NCBI GenBank assembly: GCA_963807605.1
Contig: CAWECG010000004.1
Coordinates: 599,090 to 663,089, forward strand
Direction: 5' to 3'
Source: Candidatus Bathyarchaeota archaeon
GTDB lineage: Archaea; Thermoproteota; Bathyarchaeia; 40CM-2-53-6; RBG-13-38-9
Length of the DNA: 64,000 nt
Part shown: in pieces, positions 48,246-57,342 of the stretch
How the letters are laid out: each line of letters begins with the position of its first letter
Position numbering within the stretch: position 1 is the first letter of the stretch
Notes under the pieces: generated by a model
Databases searched by the model: none
Seen by the model: only the letters and a program-made list of their open reading frames with translations
Told to the model about the DNA's origin: nothing
Translations under genes and position numbers: made by a program

Positions 48246-49621
48246 TTGACACTCCCATGCCTAAAGACAGGGGATTCTAACTTCTATCATGTTCATCGGT
48301 TGATGGGTCATAGCGTTGTTGCGCTCCCACCTCATTCCATCCCACTTTAGAAGGTTAGGGCGTGTCATCGCCCTGTTAATGACTCCCGCAGGAAGCTTAA
48401 CCCCCTGAGTGAGTCCTATATTTACAACACCAATAGCATCCCTATAAGCCTCCAATCCACATTCTAGACACTTGAAGAGTCTGCCTTTCCTCTCAATGTT
48501 CTCTGAGCCGCATCTTACGCATTTGCTCGATGTTTTGTATTCGCTAACTTCTCTCACTCTTATGCCGTACTCTTGCGCTGTATACTTTAGTCTTTGAATA
48601 ATGTAGTTGAAGCTCCAGAAGTTGTGGATTATAGCGTTGCTCTTCTTTCCATTATCATTGTTCTCTCTTATGCCTGTCAGATCTCCTATCATAATCTTTG
48701 AAACACCGAGATCATAGAGGTCTCTTGCCATGCTTCTTATCATGGTGTTGATTGCTTGTCGGAATCTCCGTTGCCTTATCCTGTAGAGTTTGTTGAGTCG
48801 CTTCGAACTCTTCTTGTCGTTTATTGTTTCAAGTTTGCTCTGGCATTCTGCTATTCTATCGACCCAGTACCACCAATCTGCTAGGAGGTTTCTTCCACTG
48901 TATGCTATTGGTTGCCTCCACCCTTCAAGCCAGATGGTGAACAGGTTAATTACACCAGGGTCGATGTAGCATGTCTTGGAGCCTTGCGGCTTGAATAATG
49001 GCTTTGTTTTAATTGCCTGAAAGACACGCCACTTCCCATCAACCTCATCATAGATGACCTCGCCCCTACCCTGCTTACCATTCCATCTAGGTTTACCTTT
49101 GAAGGGTATCCTCAGTCCTTTAGGTAGTTTCATCACTCCATCCTTTACACTGTAGCAGTCTTTTCTCAGAACCATCATCAATTTGTATTTTCCATTTCTC
49201 TTCCAGTATCCCGGCATGCATACCTTCTCAATATTTGGTGGCAGTCTGCCTTCTCGCTCTAGCTGCTTTAATGCGAAGAAGCCCCTCCATGACTCGTTGC
49301 ATTTCCTGAGTATTTGTTGTGTTGTCGCTGAATCGATTAGTGGTGTGTACTTTTGATAGAGGTCTTTGCACTCCCAATCTAGGGGTTGATAGTTTACGTA
49401 TGCCTGTCTTTTGCGGTAGGTTGCCTCATTCCAAAGTTTGGCACAGTTAGTAGCTCTATCCCTCAGTATCCTCTCTTGCTCCACTGTTGGAGCAAGGATG
49501 AAGGTGTTAGTTCTCCGCATGAAACTACCAGTATTATTATTGAAAAACCAGACATTTAAGCCCCAAACGTCTCACTCTGGTCGCAATTCATCCCACCCCT
49601 GAAGGAGTGGGCTTTCTTGCT
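48246..49621 (-). mobile_element. family-A tnpB element, copy A5
   Basis: Right-end terminus TTGACACTCCCATGCC at 48246. Left end ends TTCAAT at 49621 followed by GTAA. Confidence 0.75.
48261..49520 (-). CDS. tnpB: TnpB-like RNA-guided endonuclease, family A (intact)
   Basis: 419 aa, collinear with the other copies, zinc finger CVRCGS...CLECG. Confidence 0.85.
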   Translation of the reverse strand: MRRTNTFILAPTVEQERILRDRATNCAKLWNEATYRKRQAYVNYQPLDWECKDLYQKYTPLIDSATTQQILRKCNESWRGFFALKQLEREGRLPPNIEKVCMPGYWKRNGKYKLMMVLRKDCYSVKDGVMKLPKGLRIPFKGKPRWNGKQGRGEVIYDEVDGKWRVFQAIKTKPLFKPQGSKTCYIDPGVINLFTIWLEGWRQPIAYSGRNLLADWWYWVDRIAECQSKLETINDKKSSKRLNKLYRIRQRRFRQAINTMIRSMARDLYDLGVSKIMIGDLTGIRENNDNGKKSNAIIHNFWSFNYIIQRLKYTAQEYGIRVREVSEYKTSSKCVRCGSENIERKGRLFKCLECGLEAYRDAIGVVNIGLTQGVKLPAGVINRAMTRPNLLKWDGMRWERNNAMTHQPMNMIEVRIPCL

Positions 49622-49643
49622 AGTTCAATGTAAGAGAGGATTA

Positions 49644-49787
49644 TTACCGCATCAAGAAGCTCTTCTTGAGAGCTTTTTCAGCTTCTTCTAGTTTTGTCGA
49701 TGCGACCTCAAGTGATCTGGCGGTCTTCGCAGCATCTGGTCTTCCCCGCCTTAGCAGCCTCTTCTGAAAGCACTCTGTGAGATTCAT
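49644..49787 (-). CDS. 47-aa alpha-helical ORF with start overlapping the MNT stop (ATGA); possible HEPN-like remnant
   Basis: MNLTECFQKRLLRRGRPDAAKTARSLEVASTKLEEAEKALKKSFLMR**. Ends 2 codons before the TTAC flank of the family-A left end. Confidence 0.3.
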   Translation of the reverse strand: MNLTECFQKRLLRRGRPDAAKTARSLEVASTKLEEAEKALKKSFLMR

Positions 49788-50386
49788 CTTTTGATCATCG
49801 GTAGGTTGCCTTGAATGACTATTCCGTCAGTGATTATGCTTTCATAGAAGGCTTCATCCTGTTTGGCCTTCTCTTCCCACTCCGGGGAAGTGTAAACCAG
49901 AAGGTTGATGTTTCGATTAAGTCTCTTTTCAAAGGCAGCCATCTCAACCTTTTCAGCTCTTCCTATTACTAGGAGATCGATATCGCTGCCCTTGTCATCT
50001 TCTCCTCTTGCGCAACTTCCATATATTATGATCGAGCACTCCTCGTAATTCTGTTTGAGATACTGGGTTAAGGGTTTCACGTCACGAAGGAAGTGTGCTA
50101 TCTTAAAGTGTCTGAACATAGGGTCCTCCATATCTGCCTTGAAGAATACTAGGTTGGCCTTCTTGGTTCTCACTAGAAAACCGTCGATTGTAAGTGAATC
50201 TAGGAAGGTCTTGGCAGTGCTGGCGCTTACTCCTGCGTGGGAGGCGACTTCTCGGAGATAGAACTCTCTGTAGGGCTCGTTGAGAAAGACCTTCAATATT
50301 CTCAGACCTGGATATTCGAATAGATTTTCCATAGAACAATCGTTCAATATAAAGAACAATTGTTCTTTATAAAAATTCGCCCTCAT
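49784..50386 (-). CDS. minimal nucleotidyltransferase (MNT) with N-terminal winged helix
   Basis: GSCARGEDDKGSDIDLLVI matches the Pol-beta NTase GS...DxD signature. Confidence 0.65.
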   Translation of the reverse strand: MRANFYKEQLFFILNDCSMENLFEYPGLRILKVFLNEPYREFYLREVASHAGVSASTAKTFLDSLTIDGFLVRTKKANLVFFKADMEDPMFRHFKIAHFLRDVKPLTQYLKQNYEECSIIIYGSCARGEDDKGSDIDLLVIGRAEKVEMAAFEKRLNRNINLLVYTSPEWEEKAKQDEAFYESIITDGIVIQGNLPMIKR

Positions 50387-50505
50387 ATAAGACGGCGCAG
50401 GGACTTGACTGCGGGTAGCGCGTGCAAACCTTCATCGGCGTCTTCCTTGGGCCTAATTGCTGTTCTGACCGCAATGCCATTTGTCTTTTGGACTGCGCGG
50501 TTGTG

Positions 50506-50896
50506 ACATCCTCCCATGGTTAAAGCCGTGGGCTTCCCGCTTCAACATCTTTGCTTACCATTCCCCTTAGGGATGGCAGAGGCTCAGACTCTACGGGGGT
50601 ATTCACCCACCGTCCATGGGCATAGTCGCGTTTGAAGCCTGACAGACCAATCTTCTTGATTAGTTTAGCCGAGTTCTCGTCTCTTGGAAGAGACTCACCG
50701 CAATTCGGGCACATATGATCTCTCTCGCTCAGGTCTTTCGGCACCCATGATAGGCAGTTGTGACAGAATTGTGTAGTACCCCATGGATCGATTGGTATGA
50801 ACCACTTACCGAGTAGGTTGGCTTTGAAACGGGTTTTCCGTATGAATGTTCCTGGTGAGGCATCTTGAATGCTCTTGGCTAGGCAGTGGTTCTTCC
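50506..50896 (-). pseudogene. tnpB: solo 3' fragment of family-B tnpB plus right end (omegaRNA-module without nuclease)
   Basis: Right end TGTGACATCCTCCCATGGTTAAAGCCGTGGGCTTCCCGC plus the last ~75 codons (…CPNCGESLPRDENSAKLIKKIGLSGFK…). Homology to the intact copy stops near 50896. Confidence 0.6.
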
Positions 50897-51345
50897 CAGC
50901 GTTCTTTCAGCCCGATCAATAATAAGACGCAGAGGCTCAGGCTTCTCATTGTCTTGGAAGACCTCTGGATGATGCCTATCTAATTCTTCCAAGAGCCTCT
51001 TTGCGTAATCAAAACAAAAATCTCTAGAAGACTCTGGAAGAGCTCCTCTTCTCGTCGCCATTTAAACAGGATAGCGGTATACTCATCCTGCGAGATAGGC
51101 TGGTTTGCTCGGCGGGCCTTACGTCTCTGAGCTTCTTCCTTTTTTATCTTGGATCTGAAGAGTGCCATTAGGGCGCTGCTCTTGCCCACTCCTTGATTGC
51201 CGACCAGACCGATAAGGCCGCCCTCCGTCACTTCCAATCTATCTGTAACTTTGAGCTGCTTCCGGCCATACGTACCAGTTGTCGACCCAAGTTGAATAGC
51301 GACTTTCCGAGGCCAGTTGACTTGCCCATGCGTAGACCTCTTCGA
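50880..51345 (-). pseudogene. P-loop NTPase fragment with frameshift
   Basis: Two adjacent frames carry Walker-A-like GxxxxGKS (MGKSTGLGKS and GNQGVGKSSAL). No intact ORF. Confidence 0.3.
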
Positions 51346-51558
51346 TCGGCACAGACTTTACAAATTTATTATTTCCAGGCAAGGTATAGGACAGAATTAC
51401 ATGTCGAATAGTGGTTAATGAATTATATACATCCTCGAGCCAAAGGAATCAATGCAAGAATTAGCGCGTGCTGATACTAGATTCTTACGCGTGCATGTTG
51501 ACCCTAACAGGTTAAACCTGATGCCGTCCAATATAGCCCGATCATTGGAGTAACCTGG

Positions 51559-53082
51559 TTGGTCGATTTGGAGCCTAGTGCTGATGTTCTGAAGACGACC
51601 AGGGGCTCTGTGAGCCTCATGGCTCAGAGTGCTCTTAACTCTGCTTTGGGCTTGGTCTTCTTCATTCTGCTGGCCAGATTAATTACAAAGCCCGAGATGG
51701 GCATATACACGGCTCTAATATCCACCTACGGAGTCTTAAGTGTGGTCGGGGTCTTCGGGCTGAGCGGAGCCGCGGCGCGATTTATACCTGAACTAATTGC
51801 TGAAGGATCGTCTGAGAAAGCTTCCTCCGCGGCTATAACGATCATCAAGATATCAGTAATCTCATCAATAATAGCTTCAGCCGCTTATTTTGGCCTCGCC
51901 CCTTACTTCTCTTCTATCTTTGCTAAATCAGTAATCTATACAGATCTGTTTAGACTAGCATCGATCGTGATTTTGACGCAGGCGCTCTCAACCGTTGTTG
52001 ACGGCTTGATGCAAGGCGTACAGGAGTTCGGCGTGCTGGCTGTTATCCGAGTTGTGGGACAGATAGCAAGAATCTTTGTAACAGTTCTCTTATTGTTGAT
52101 CGGCTACGGGCTTGTGGCTGTGTTGATCGGCTGGGCAGCATCCGGCATATCTATCTCGGTTCTCCCGATTCCCTTTCTTAGGAGGCGTCTTGGGCTAAAG
52201 CGGGATCCCTACCCAGAGAGGGTGATTCTCGATTTTTCGATTCCACTTCTCGGCGCAAATCTGCTACTCTTCATCTCGTCTTACGCCGACGTCTTTGTGA
52301 CTATGATCTCCTCCGTACCTGCCAAAGTTGGAGCTTACAATGTGTCTATTACGGCCTCGTCGATGCTTCTCAATGTGGTAATCGCATCTATGACGGCGAC
52401 ATTGCTTCCCGCCTTGTCCAGAGCATATGGCAAAGGCGGACAAAGAGCGGTGGAGGAGTCGCTGAGAAGAGCAAGCAGGTATGTGGCTTTGATCTATATT
52501 CCTGTTGGATTGGGGTTTGCAGCCTTGTCCCAGCCGATTATCTGGTTGATGGCGGGTAGAAGTTATCAAGAGGCCGTCTTTCCCTTGGCGATGATCTCCA
52601 TCTCCTCAATAGCGTCAGGTCTGGTTGTGCCAATTACTCTTGGACTTCAAGCCTTAGGAAAGACCGCGACCGTCCTCAGAATCACAGTAGTCGCATTGAT
52701 TGTTGAAATTCTGGTTGGCTTGGTGACCGTACCTGTTATTGGGATTCTAGGCGCATCTATCGCCAGATCTGTCCTTTTTGTCTCCACCTTGATCTACGGA
52801 GTTTTCGCAGCTAGGACATTCATGCGCATAAGCTTCGATCGGGAGGCTGTTTGGAAGAGTGGGTTGGCAGGAGGCGTTATGGCTATCGCTGTTGCTGAAC
52901 TGCAGGCTTTCCATACTTCAGTAGTGCTTCTGCCTGTATACGTGGCTGCTGGTGTCTTTACATATCTTTTAGCGCTGAAGGTGTTGAGAGGGTTGAGCGG
53001 TGCAGACATCCTAGTCATCGAGGGAACCTTACCTGAAAGCCTAAGATGGACGATGAAGCCAATCCAAAGATTATTCGATTGA
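51559..53082 (+). CDS. MOP-superfamily oligosaccharide flippase (Wzx-like polysaccharide biosynthesis protein)
   Basis: About 14 TM helices. Typical flippase length and topology. Confidence 0.6.
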   Translation: MVDLEPSADVLKTTRGSVSLMAQSALNSALGLVFFILLARLITKPEMGIYTALISTYGVLSVVGVFGLSGAAARFIPELIAEGSSEKASSAAITIIKISVISSIIASAAYFGLAPYFSSIFAKSVIYTDLFRLASIVILTQALSTVVDGLMQGVQEFGVLAVIRVVGQIARIFVTVLLLLIGYGLVAVLIGWAASGISISVLPIPFLRRRLGLKRDPYPERVILDFSIPLLGANLLLFISSYADVFVTMISSVPAKVGAYNVSITASSMLLNVVIASMTATLLPALSRAYGKGGQRAVEESLRRASRYVALIYIPVGLGFAALSQPIIWLMAGRSYQEAVFPLAMISISSIASGLVVPITLGLQALGKTATVLRITVVALIVEILVGLVTVPVIGILGASIARSVLFVSTLIYGVFAARTFMRISFDREAVWKSGLAGGVMAIAVAELQAFHTSVVLLPVYVAAGVFTYLLALKVLRGLSGADILVIEGTLPESLRWTMKPIQRLFD

Positions 53083-53987
53083 CAATCAAGAGATCATTTT
53101 CAAAAATGCGCCATCTCTTCAAAGTACTATTACTGGGGCTTCTTGCATTATCAGGGGCCCTCTTGGTCTATTCTTTCTCGGATTTATCGAAACATCAACC
53201 TCTCCAAACTCCGTTTTCAACAACTGCTAATCTCACTTCCCTGCAAACCGAGGCTTACTCAACTTCAACCTTTACTTATTTCACAAATTCTAATCCTGTT
53301 CCAGTTTATACGTACAGAGTGGTCAACGTCTATCCTCATGACCCAAACGCCTTCACAGAAGGCTTGGTTTACGAGAACGGCTTTATGTATGAAGGAACTG
53401 GGCTTAATGGACGCTCCTCTCTGCGCAGAGTGGAATTGGAGACAGGAAAGATTCTGCAGATTCGTACGTTGCCAGACCAATTTTTCGGCGAGGGCGTAAC
53501 CATTTATGGAAACAAGATCATCCAGTTGACATGGAAATCCCATGTCGGCTTTGTCTACGATAAAGATAGCTTTGAGTTGCTACAGAATTTCAACTATCCA
53601 TTTGAGGGCTGGGGCATTACACATGATGAAAGGCGTTTGATCGTAAGCGACGGTACATCGACACTTCATTTCCTGGATCCTCTAAGCTTTGAGGAGATAG
53701 GTCAGGTTAAAGTATCTGACAATGCTGGGCCTGTGACCAACCTCAACGAACTGGAATACATCAAAGGGGAGATATACGCCAATGTCTGGCAAACCAACTT
53801 GATCGCTAGAATTAATCCTCAGACAGGTCAAGTGACTGGATGGATAAATCTTCAAGGACTTTTAGGAGCGTCCAGTCAACCTGTCGCTGAACTCAACGGT
53901 ATCGCTTATGACGCTGAGGGTGATCGGTTGTTTGTAACCGGAAAGTTGTGGCCTAGCATATACGAGATCAAACTGGTCAACAATTAG
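53046..53987 (+). CDS. glutaminyl-peptide cyclotransferase (plant/bacterial beta-propeller type)
   Basis: YPHDPNAFTEGLVYENGFMYEGTG, SSLRRVELETGKI, FGEGVTIYGNKIIQLTWK, ITHDERRLIVSDGT, GEIYANVWQT. Signal/TM segment at the N-terminus (start likely an internal Met near 53108). Confidence 0.65.
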   Translation: MDDEANPKIIRLTIKRSFSKMRHLFKVLLLGLLALSGALLVYSFSDLSKHQPLQTPFSTTANLTSLQTEAYSTSTFTYFTNSNPVPVYTYRVVNVYPHDPNAFTEGLVYENGFMYEGTGLNGRSSLRRVELETGKILQIRTLPDQFFGEGVTIYGNKIIQLTWKSHVGFVYDKDSFELLQNFNYPFEGWGITHDERRLIVSDGTSTLHFLDPLSFEEIGQVKVSDNAGPVTNLNELEYIKGEIYANVWQTNLIARINPQTGQVTGWINLQGLLGASSQPVAELNGIAYDAEGDRLFVTGKLWPSIYEIKLVNN

Positions 53988-54150
53988 ACTGAAGCAGCAT
54001 CGTAGGCTTATGTGTGCTACTTAAGTCGTCAATTGTGGGATTGGGCGGGATCCGTCTAGCCACGCGCGCTTTAAGCTCTTGTGACGTTGTTTTCGGTGTC
54101 CTTGGCAATAGAGGTATTGAATCGGTTAGGAGACTCATCGATCAGGTACA

Positions 54151-54711
54151 TTAAGCCCGTCTTTGTTTTGCTTTTCTTTGAAGAGCCTTTAGCAAGGGAA
54201 GAACGTCGGCCCTTTCAGCAATAGCATATAGGTAATGACTGTCCAATTTCAACTTGCTATTCTCAAGTACGCTGAGGACGTCGACTTCATCTTGACTTCT
54301 TCTGTCTCTTCTTGCGAGCTTGTTGATTATGAAGTCTTCAGGTCCGATTATCCAGAACTTGGATTCTGCTATGTTGACTTTTTGTCTTCTTCGAAGGCAC
54401 TCTGCATCCAAGGTTATCCCGTCGGGTTTGATCCAGACCTTTACCTCCGTTGCAGTCTTTATGTTTGTTAGAATGAAGCAGGGTGTTCCCTCCGTGAAGG
54501 AGGATACTTGAAAACCAGCGTTTTCGAGTTCTTTCTTGAGTTGCATCGGATCCTGTGATTTCATAGCTATAGCTATGTCGATGTCGACGGTTGCTCTGAT
54601 TAGGCCATATGCGGGTAGCGCATATCCGCCAATCAGCATATAGTCTACGTGTGACCTGTCAAGTGCTTGTGCTAGGTTCTGCAGAGTTTCTGATATTGAG
54701 GGCAATCTCAT
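54151..54711 (-). CDS. small Pol-beta-superfamily nucleotidyltransferase
   Basis: IGGYALPAYGLIRATVDIDIAI: GG...DxD NTase signature. Overlaps the upstream wHTH gene. Confidence 0.5.
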   Translation of the reverse strand: MRLPSISETLQNLAQALDRSHVDYMLIGGYALPAYGLIRATVDIDIAIAMKSQDPMQLKKELENAGFQVSSFTEGTPCFILTNIKTATEVKVWIKPDGITLDAECLRRRQKVNIAESKFWIIGPEDFIINKLARRDRRSQDEVDVLSVLENSKLKLDSHYLYAIAERADVLPLLKALQRKAKQRRA

Positions 54712-55063
54712 TCATCTCGATAAACCTCTCGTAAGGGTCGATGCCGGAGTCGATAATCTTGTTCCTTAATCTTAGTTGTTCTAGCGCAGTACGTATGTCG
54801 TTGTCGTTCATCTTGATCATCATGTCGTTGATCGCATGCAAGTTTTCAAGCATCATGACTCCTAGAGGGGAGAGCGTAGCGATCTTCTTTGGTCTGCCTC
54901 GGCCATTTGGACATTGTGTCAACTCCAATGATCCGGCTCTCTCCAGTTCTTTTATTAGGCGCATTTTGCTTGTGTGGCTGCCGCCTAGGATGCTAAGAAT
55001 CTCGCGTACGCCAAGTTGCTTCTTGGAGCAGAGTTCTAGCAGTTGCATCTCCGAACTGAACAT
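54659..55063 (-). CDS. winged-helix DNA-binding protein (partner of the downstream NTase)
   Basis: GVREILSILGGSHTSKMRLIKELERAGSLE wHTH. Confidence 0.5.
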   Translation of the reverse strand: MFSSEMQLLELCSKKQLGVREILSILGGSHTSKMRLIKELERAGSLELTQCPNGRGRPKKIATLSPLGVMMLENLHAINDMMIKMNDNDIRTALEQLRLRNKIIDSGIDPYERFIEMNEIALNIRNSAEPSTST

Positions 55064-55106
55064 CTATGGCGCGCGCCCACTTTTTGTTCCTAAAACGGGA
55101 ACAAAA

Positions 55107-56440
55107 CATGTGACATCCTCCCACGGCTAAAGTCGTGGGCTTCCCGCTTCAACATCTTTGCTTACCATTCCCCTTAGGGATGGCAGAGGCTTAGACTCTA
55201 CGGGCGTGTTCACCCACCGTCCGTGGGCATAGTCGGGTTTGAAGCCTGACAGACCAATCTTCTTGATTAGTTTAGCTGAATTCTCGTCTCTTGGAAGAGA
55301 CTCACCGCAATTCGGGCATATATGATCTCTCTCGCTCAGGTCTTTCGGCACCCATGATAGGCAGTTGTGGCAGAATTGTGTGGTACCCCATGGGTCGACC
55401 GGCATGAACCATTTGCCGAGCAGGTTGGCTTTGAAACTGGTTTTCCGTATGAATGTTCCTGGTGAGGCGTCTTGAATGCTTTTGGCTAGGCGGTGGTTTC
55501 TCATCATGTTGATTACAGACAGTTTCTCCAAGAATAGGACATCGCTGGTTTTGTACAGTGTTGCTAGTGTCTTGTTTTGCTGGTCGTCTCTCTGACATGC
55601 TACATGATGGTGTTGCCTTGCAAGTCTCAAAGCCAATTTTCTCCTATTTCCTGAGCCCTTCTTTGCTCTTGACATTACTCGCTGCAGCCTCTTGATCTTC
55701 TCCTCAGACTTTCTCAGAAACTTCGGTGGCTCCATCGTGATTCCATCTGAGAGTGTCAGGAACTTAATCAGCCCTATGTCTCCACCTTTGATCCGCTCAT
55801 CTGGAATCTTCTCGATGGGGGTCTTCTTTTTATCTGGAATTTTGCAGGCGAATATCACATACCATTGTCCAGCATTGTACTTTACAGTCAAAGTTTTGAC
55901 TTGACCTTCCACCGGTCTATGCATGAAGAGTCGGACATTCCCTATCCCCGAAAGGTACAGCTTATTGTTGCACAACTTGAAGCCTGATTGTGGATAGGTG
56001 AAGGAGAGATACTTCTTTGAATGTTTATTTTTGGGGAATCTTGCTCTACCCTCAAAGTAGTTCTTGAATGATTCTCGCAAGCCTTGTAGCAACGCTCTGG
56101 ACGACTTGGCTATGTATTCCATGAAGATTCTCGTCTTCTCGTCTAAACTCTAGCGCCTTCAGCCTCAAGTCGGTTCTGCTCAAGCTGACATGCTCCTGTT
56201 TCCAAGTACCAATCTTCAGATCCCTAAGTTTATTGTATAGCTCACACAATGCGGATAGGTGGCTTTTCATCAGCCTTCCCTGCCCCGCCCTGGGGTAGAT
56301 ACGGTACTTGTAGGCTAGAAGCATCTCAGCACCTAACAAATATATGTCGGCCCAGAAACTTAAGCATCTAGCACCTCACTCTGGAACGCAATTCATACCA
56401 CGGTTAAAGCCGTGGGTTTTCTTGCGAATCTTCTATAAGG
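55107..56440 (-). mobile_element. family-B tnpB element, copy B2 (gene frameshifted)
   Basis: Right end TGTGACATCCTCCCACGGCTAAAGTCGTGGGC at 55107. Left-end hairpin CCACGGTTAAAGCCGTGGG at ~56400. Confidence 0.6.
55127..56339 (-). pseudogene. tnpB: tnpB family B, frameshifted (pieces 56052..56339 and 55127..56122)
   Basis: The two overlapping ORFs align to the N- and C-terminal parts of the copy at 36045..37241. Confidence 0.7.
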
Positions 56441-56467
56441 CGCGGATGAGGGATAAGTGAGAACGTT

Positions 56468-57040
56468 ATGGATTTCTTTGAGACTATTCGGAAGAGAAAG
56501 TCCGTAAGATCTTATTTGCAGACACCAATCTCGAAGCATATGCTTGTCAAGATCTTGGATGCGGCGAGGGTAGCTCCTTCGGCGAGTAACAAGCAGCCCT
56601 GGCACTTTATCATCGTAGAGGAGAAGGCTAAACGTGTTCAAATTGCCCAGGGTTGTGGTTACGGGAAGTTTCTGGCTGAATCGCCTGTAATTATTGTGGG
56701 TTGCGGAGATAAGAGAGCCTCACCAGACTGGTATGTTGTGGACACAACAATAGCTCTGGAGCATATTGTCTTGGCAGCTGCAGCTTTAGACCTTGGAACA
56801 TGTTGGATCGGAAGCTTTGATGAAGAAGAAGTTCGGGAGATGTTGAGGATTCCTGAAAGGTTTGAGGTTATTGCTTTGATAGCACTGGGATATCCGCGCA
56901 AGACATTCGATCTGCTTGCTAAGATTGTCCATCTTCTGAGACCCAGGAGGAAACTTGAAGACATCATCTCCCTGGAAATCTATGGCGAACAAATGAGGCG
57001 GCACACAGTCTCAGTTTCGGATGCACCCACACAAGTGTAG
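56468..57040 (+). CDS. nitroreductase-family protein
   Basis: RKSVRSY...APSASNKQPWHFIIV FMN-binding nitroreductase signature. Confidence 0.75.
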   Translation: MDFFETIRKRKSVRSYLQTPISKHMLVKILDAARVAPSASNKQPWHFIIVEEKAKRVQIAQGCGYGKFLAESPVIIVGCGDKRASPDWYVVDTTIALEHIVLAAAALDLGTCWIGSFDEEEVREMLRIPERFEVIALIALGYPRKTFDLLAKIVHLLRPRRKLEDIISLEIYGEQMRRHTVSVSDAPTQV

Positions 57041-57342
57041 TTTCGTGCAAGCGCACGCTAAATGTAAGATTGGCGATTCAAAGATCCTGTAGAAGAATAC
57101 GCAATTTGCCGAAACGATTCACAGCTAAAGAGTCTGCGTCAAGGATACGCCTGCAAAGTCAGTTATTGTGACGCCTTGCCTAGCACTAGCAGGACTAATC
57201 GCAACCATATCAAGTGTTGCAGTTGTTACTTGCGCAGCATACTCCTATAGCCTGCGCTTGCCTGACATGCTGAGTAAAATGTTTCTTTGGTGATGGCGCT
57301 CAGGGCATACGAATTGATTGTGCTCAACTGTGGCGTACTAAT

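Noticed and set aside
48123-48350. 75-aa plus ORF
   Set aside because: Spans the family-A right end and flanking sequence. Its C-terminus (…SNFYHVHRLMGHSVVALPPHSIPL) is the antisense of the conserved tnpB 3' end, seen also at 19708..19902.
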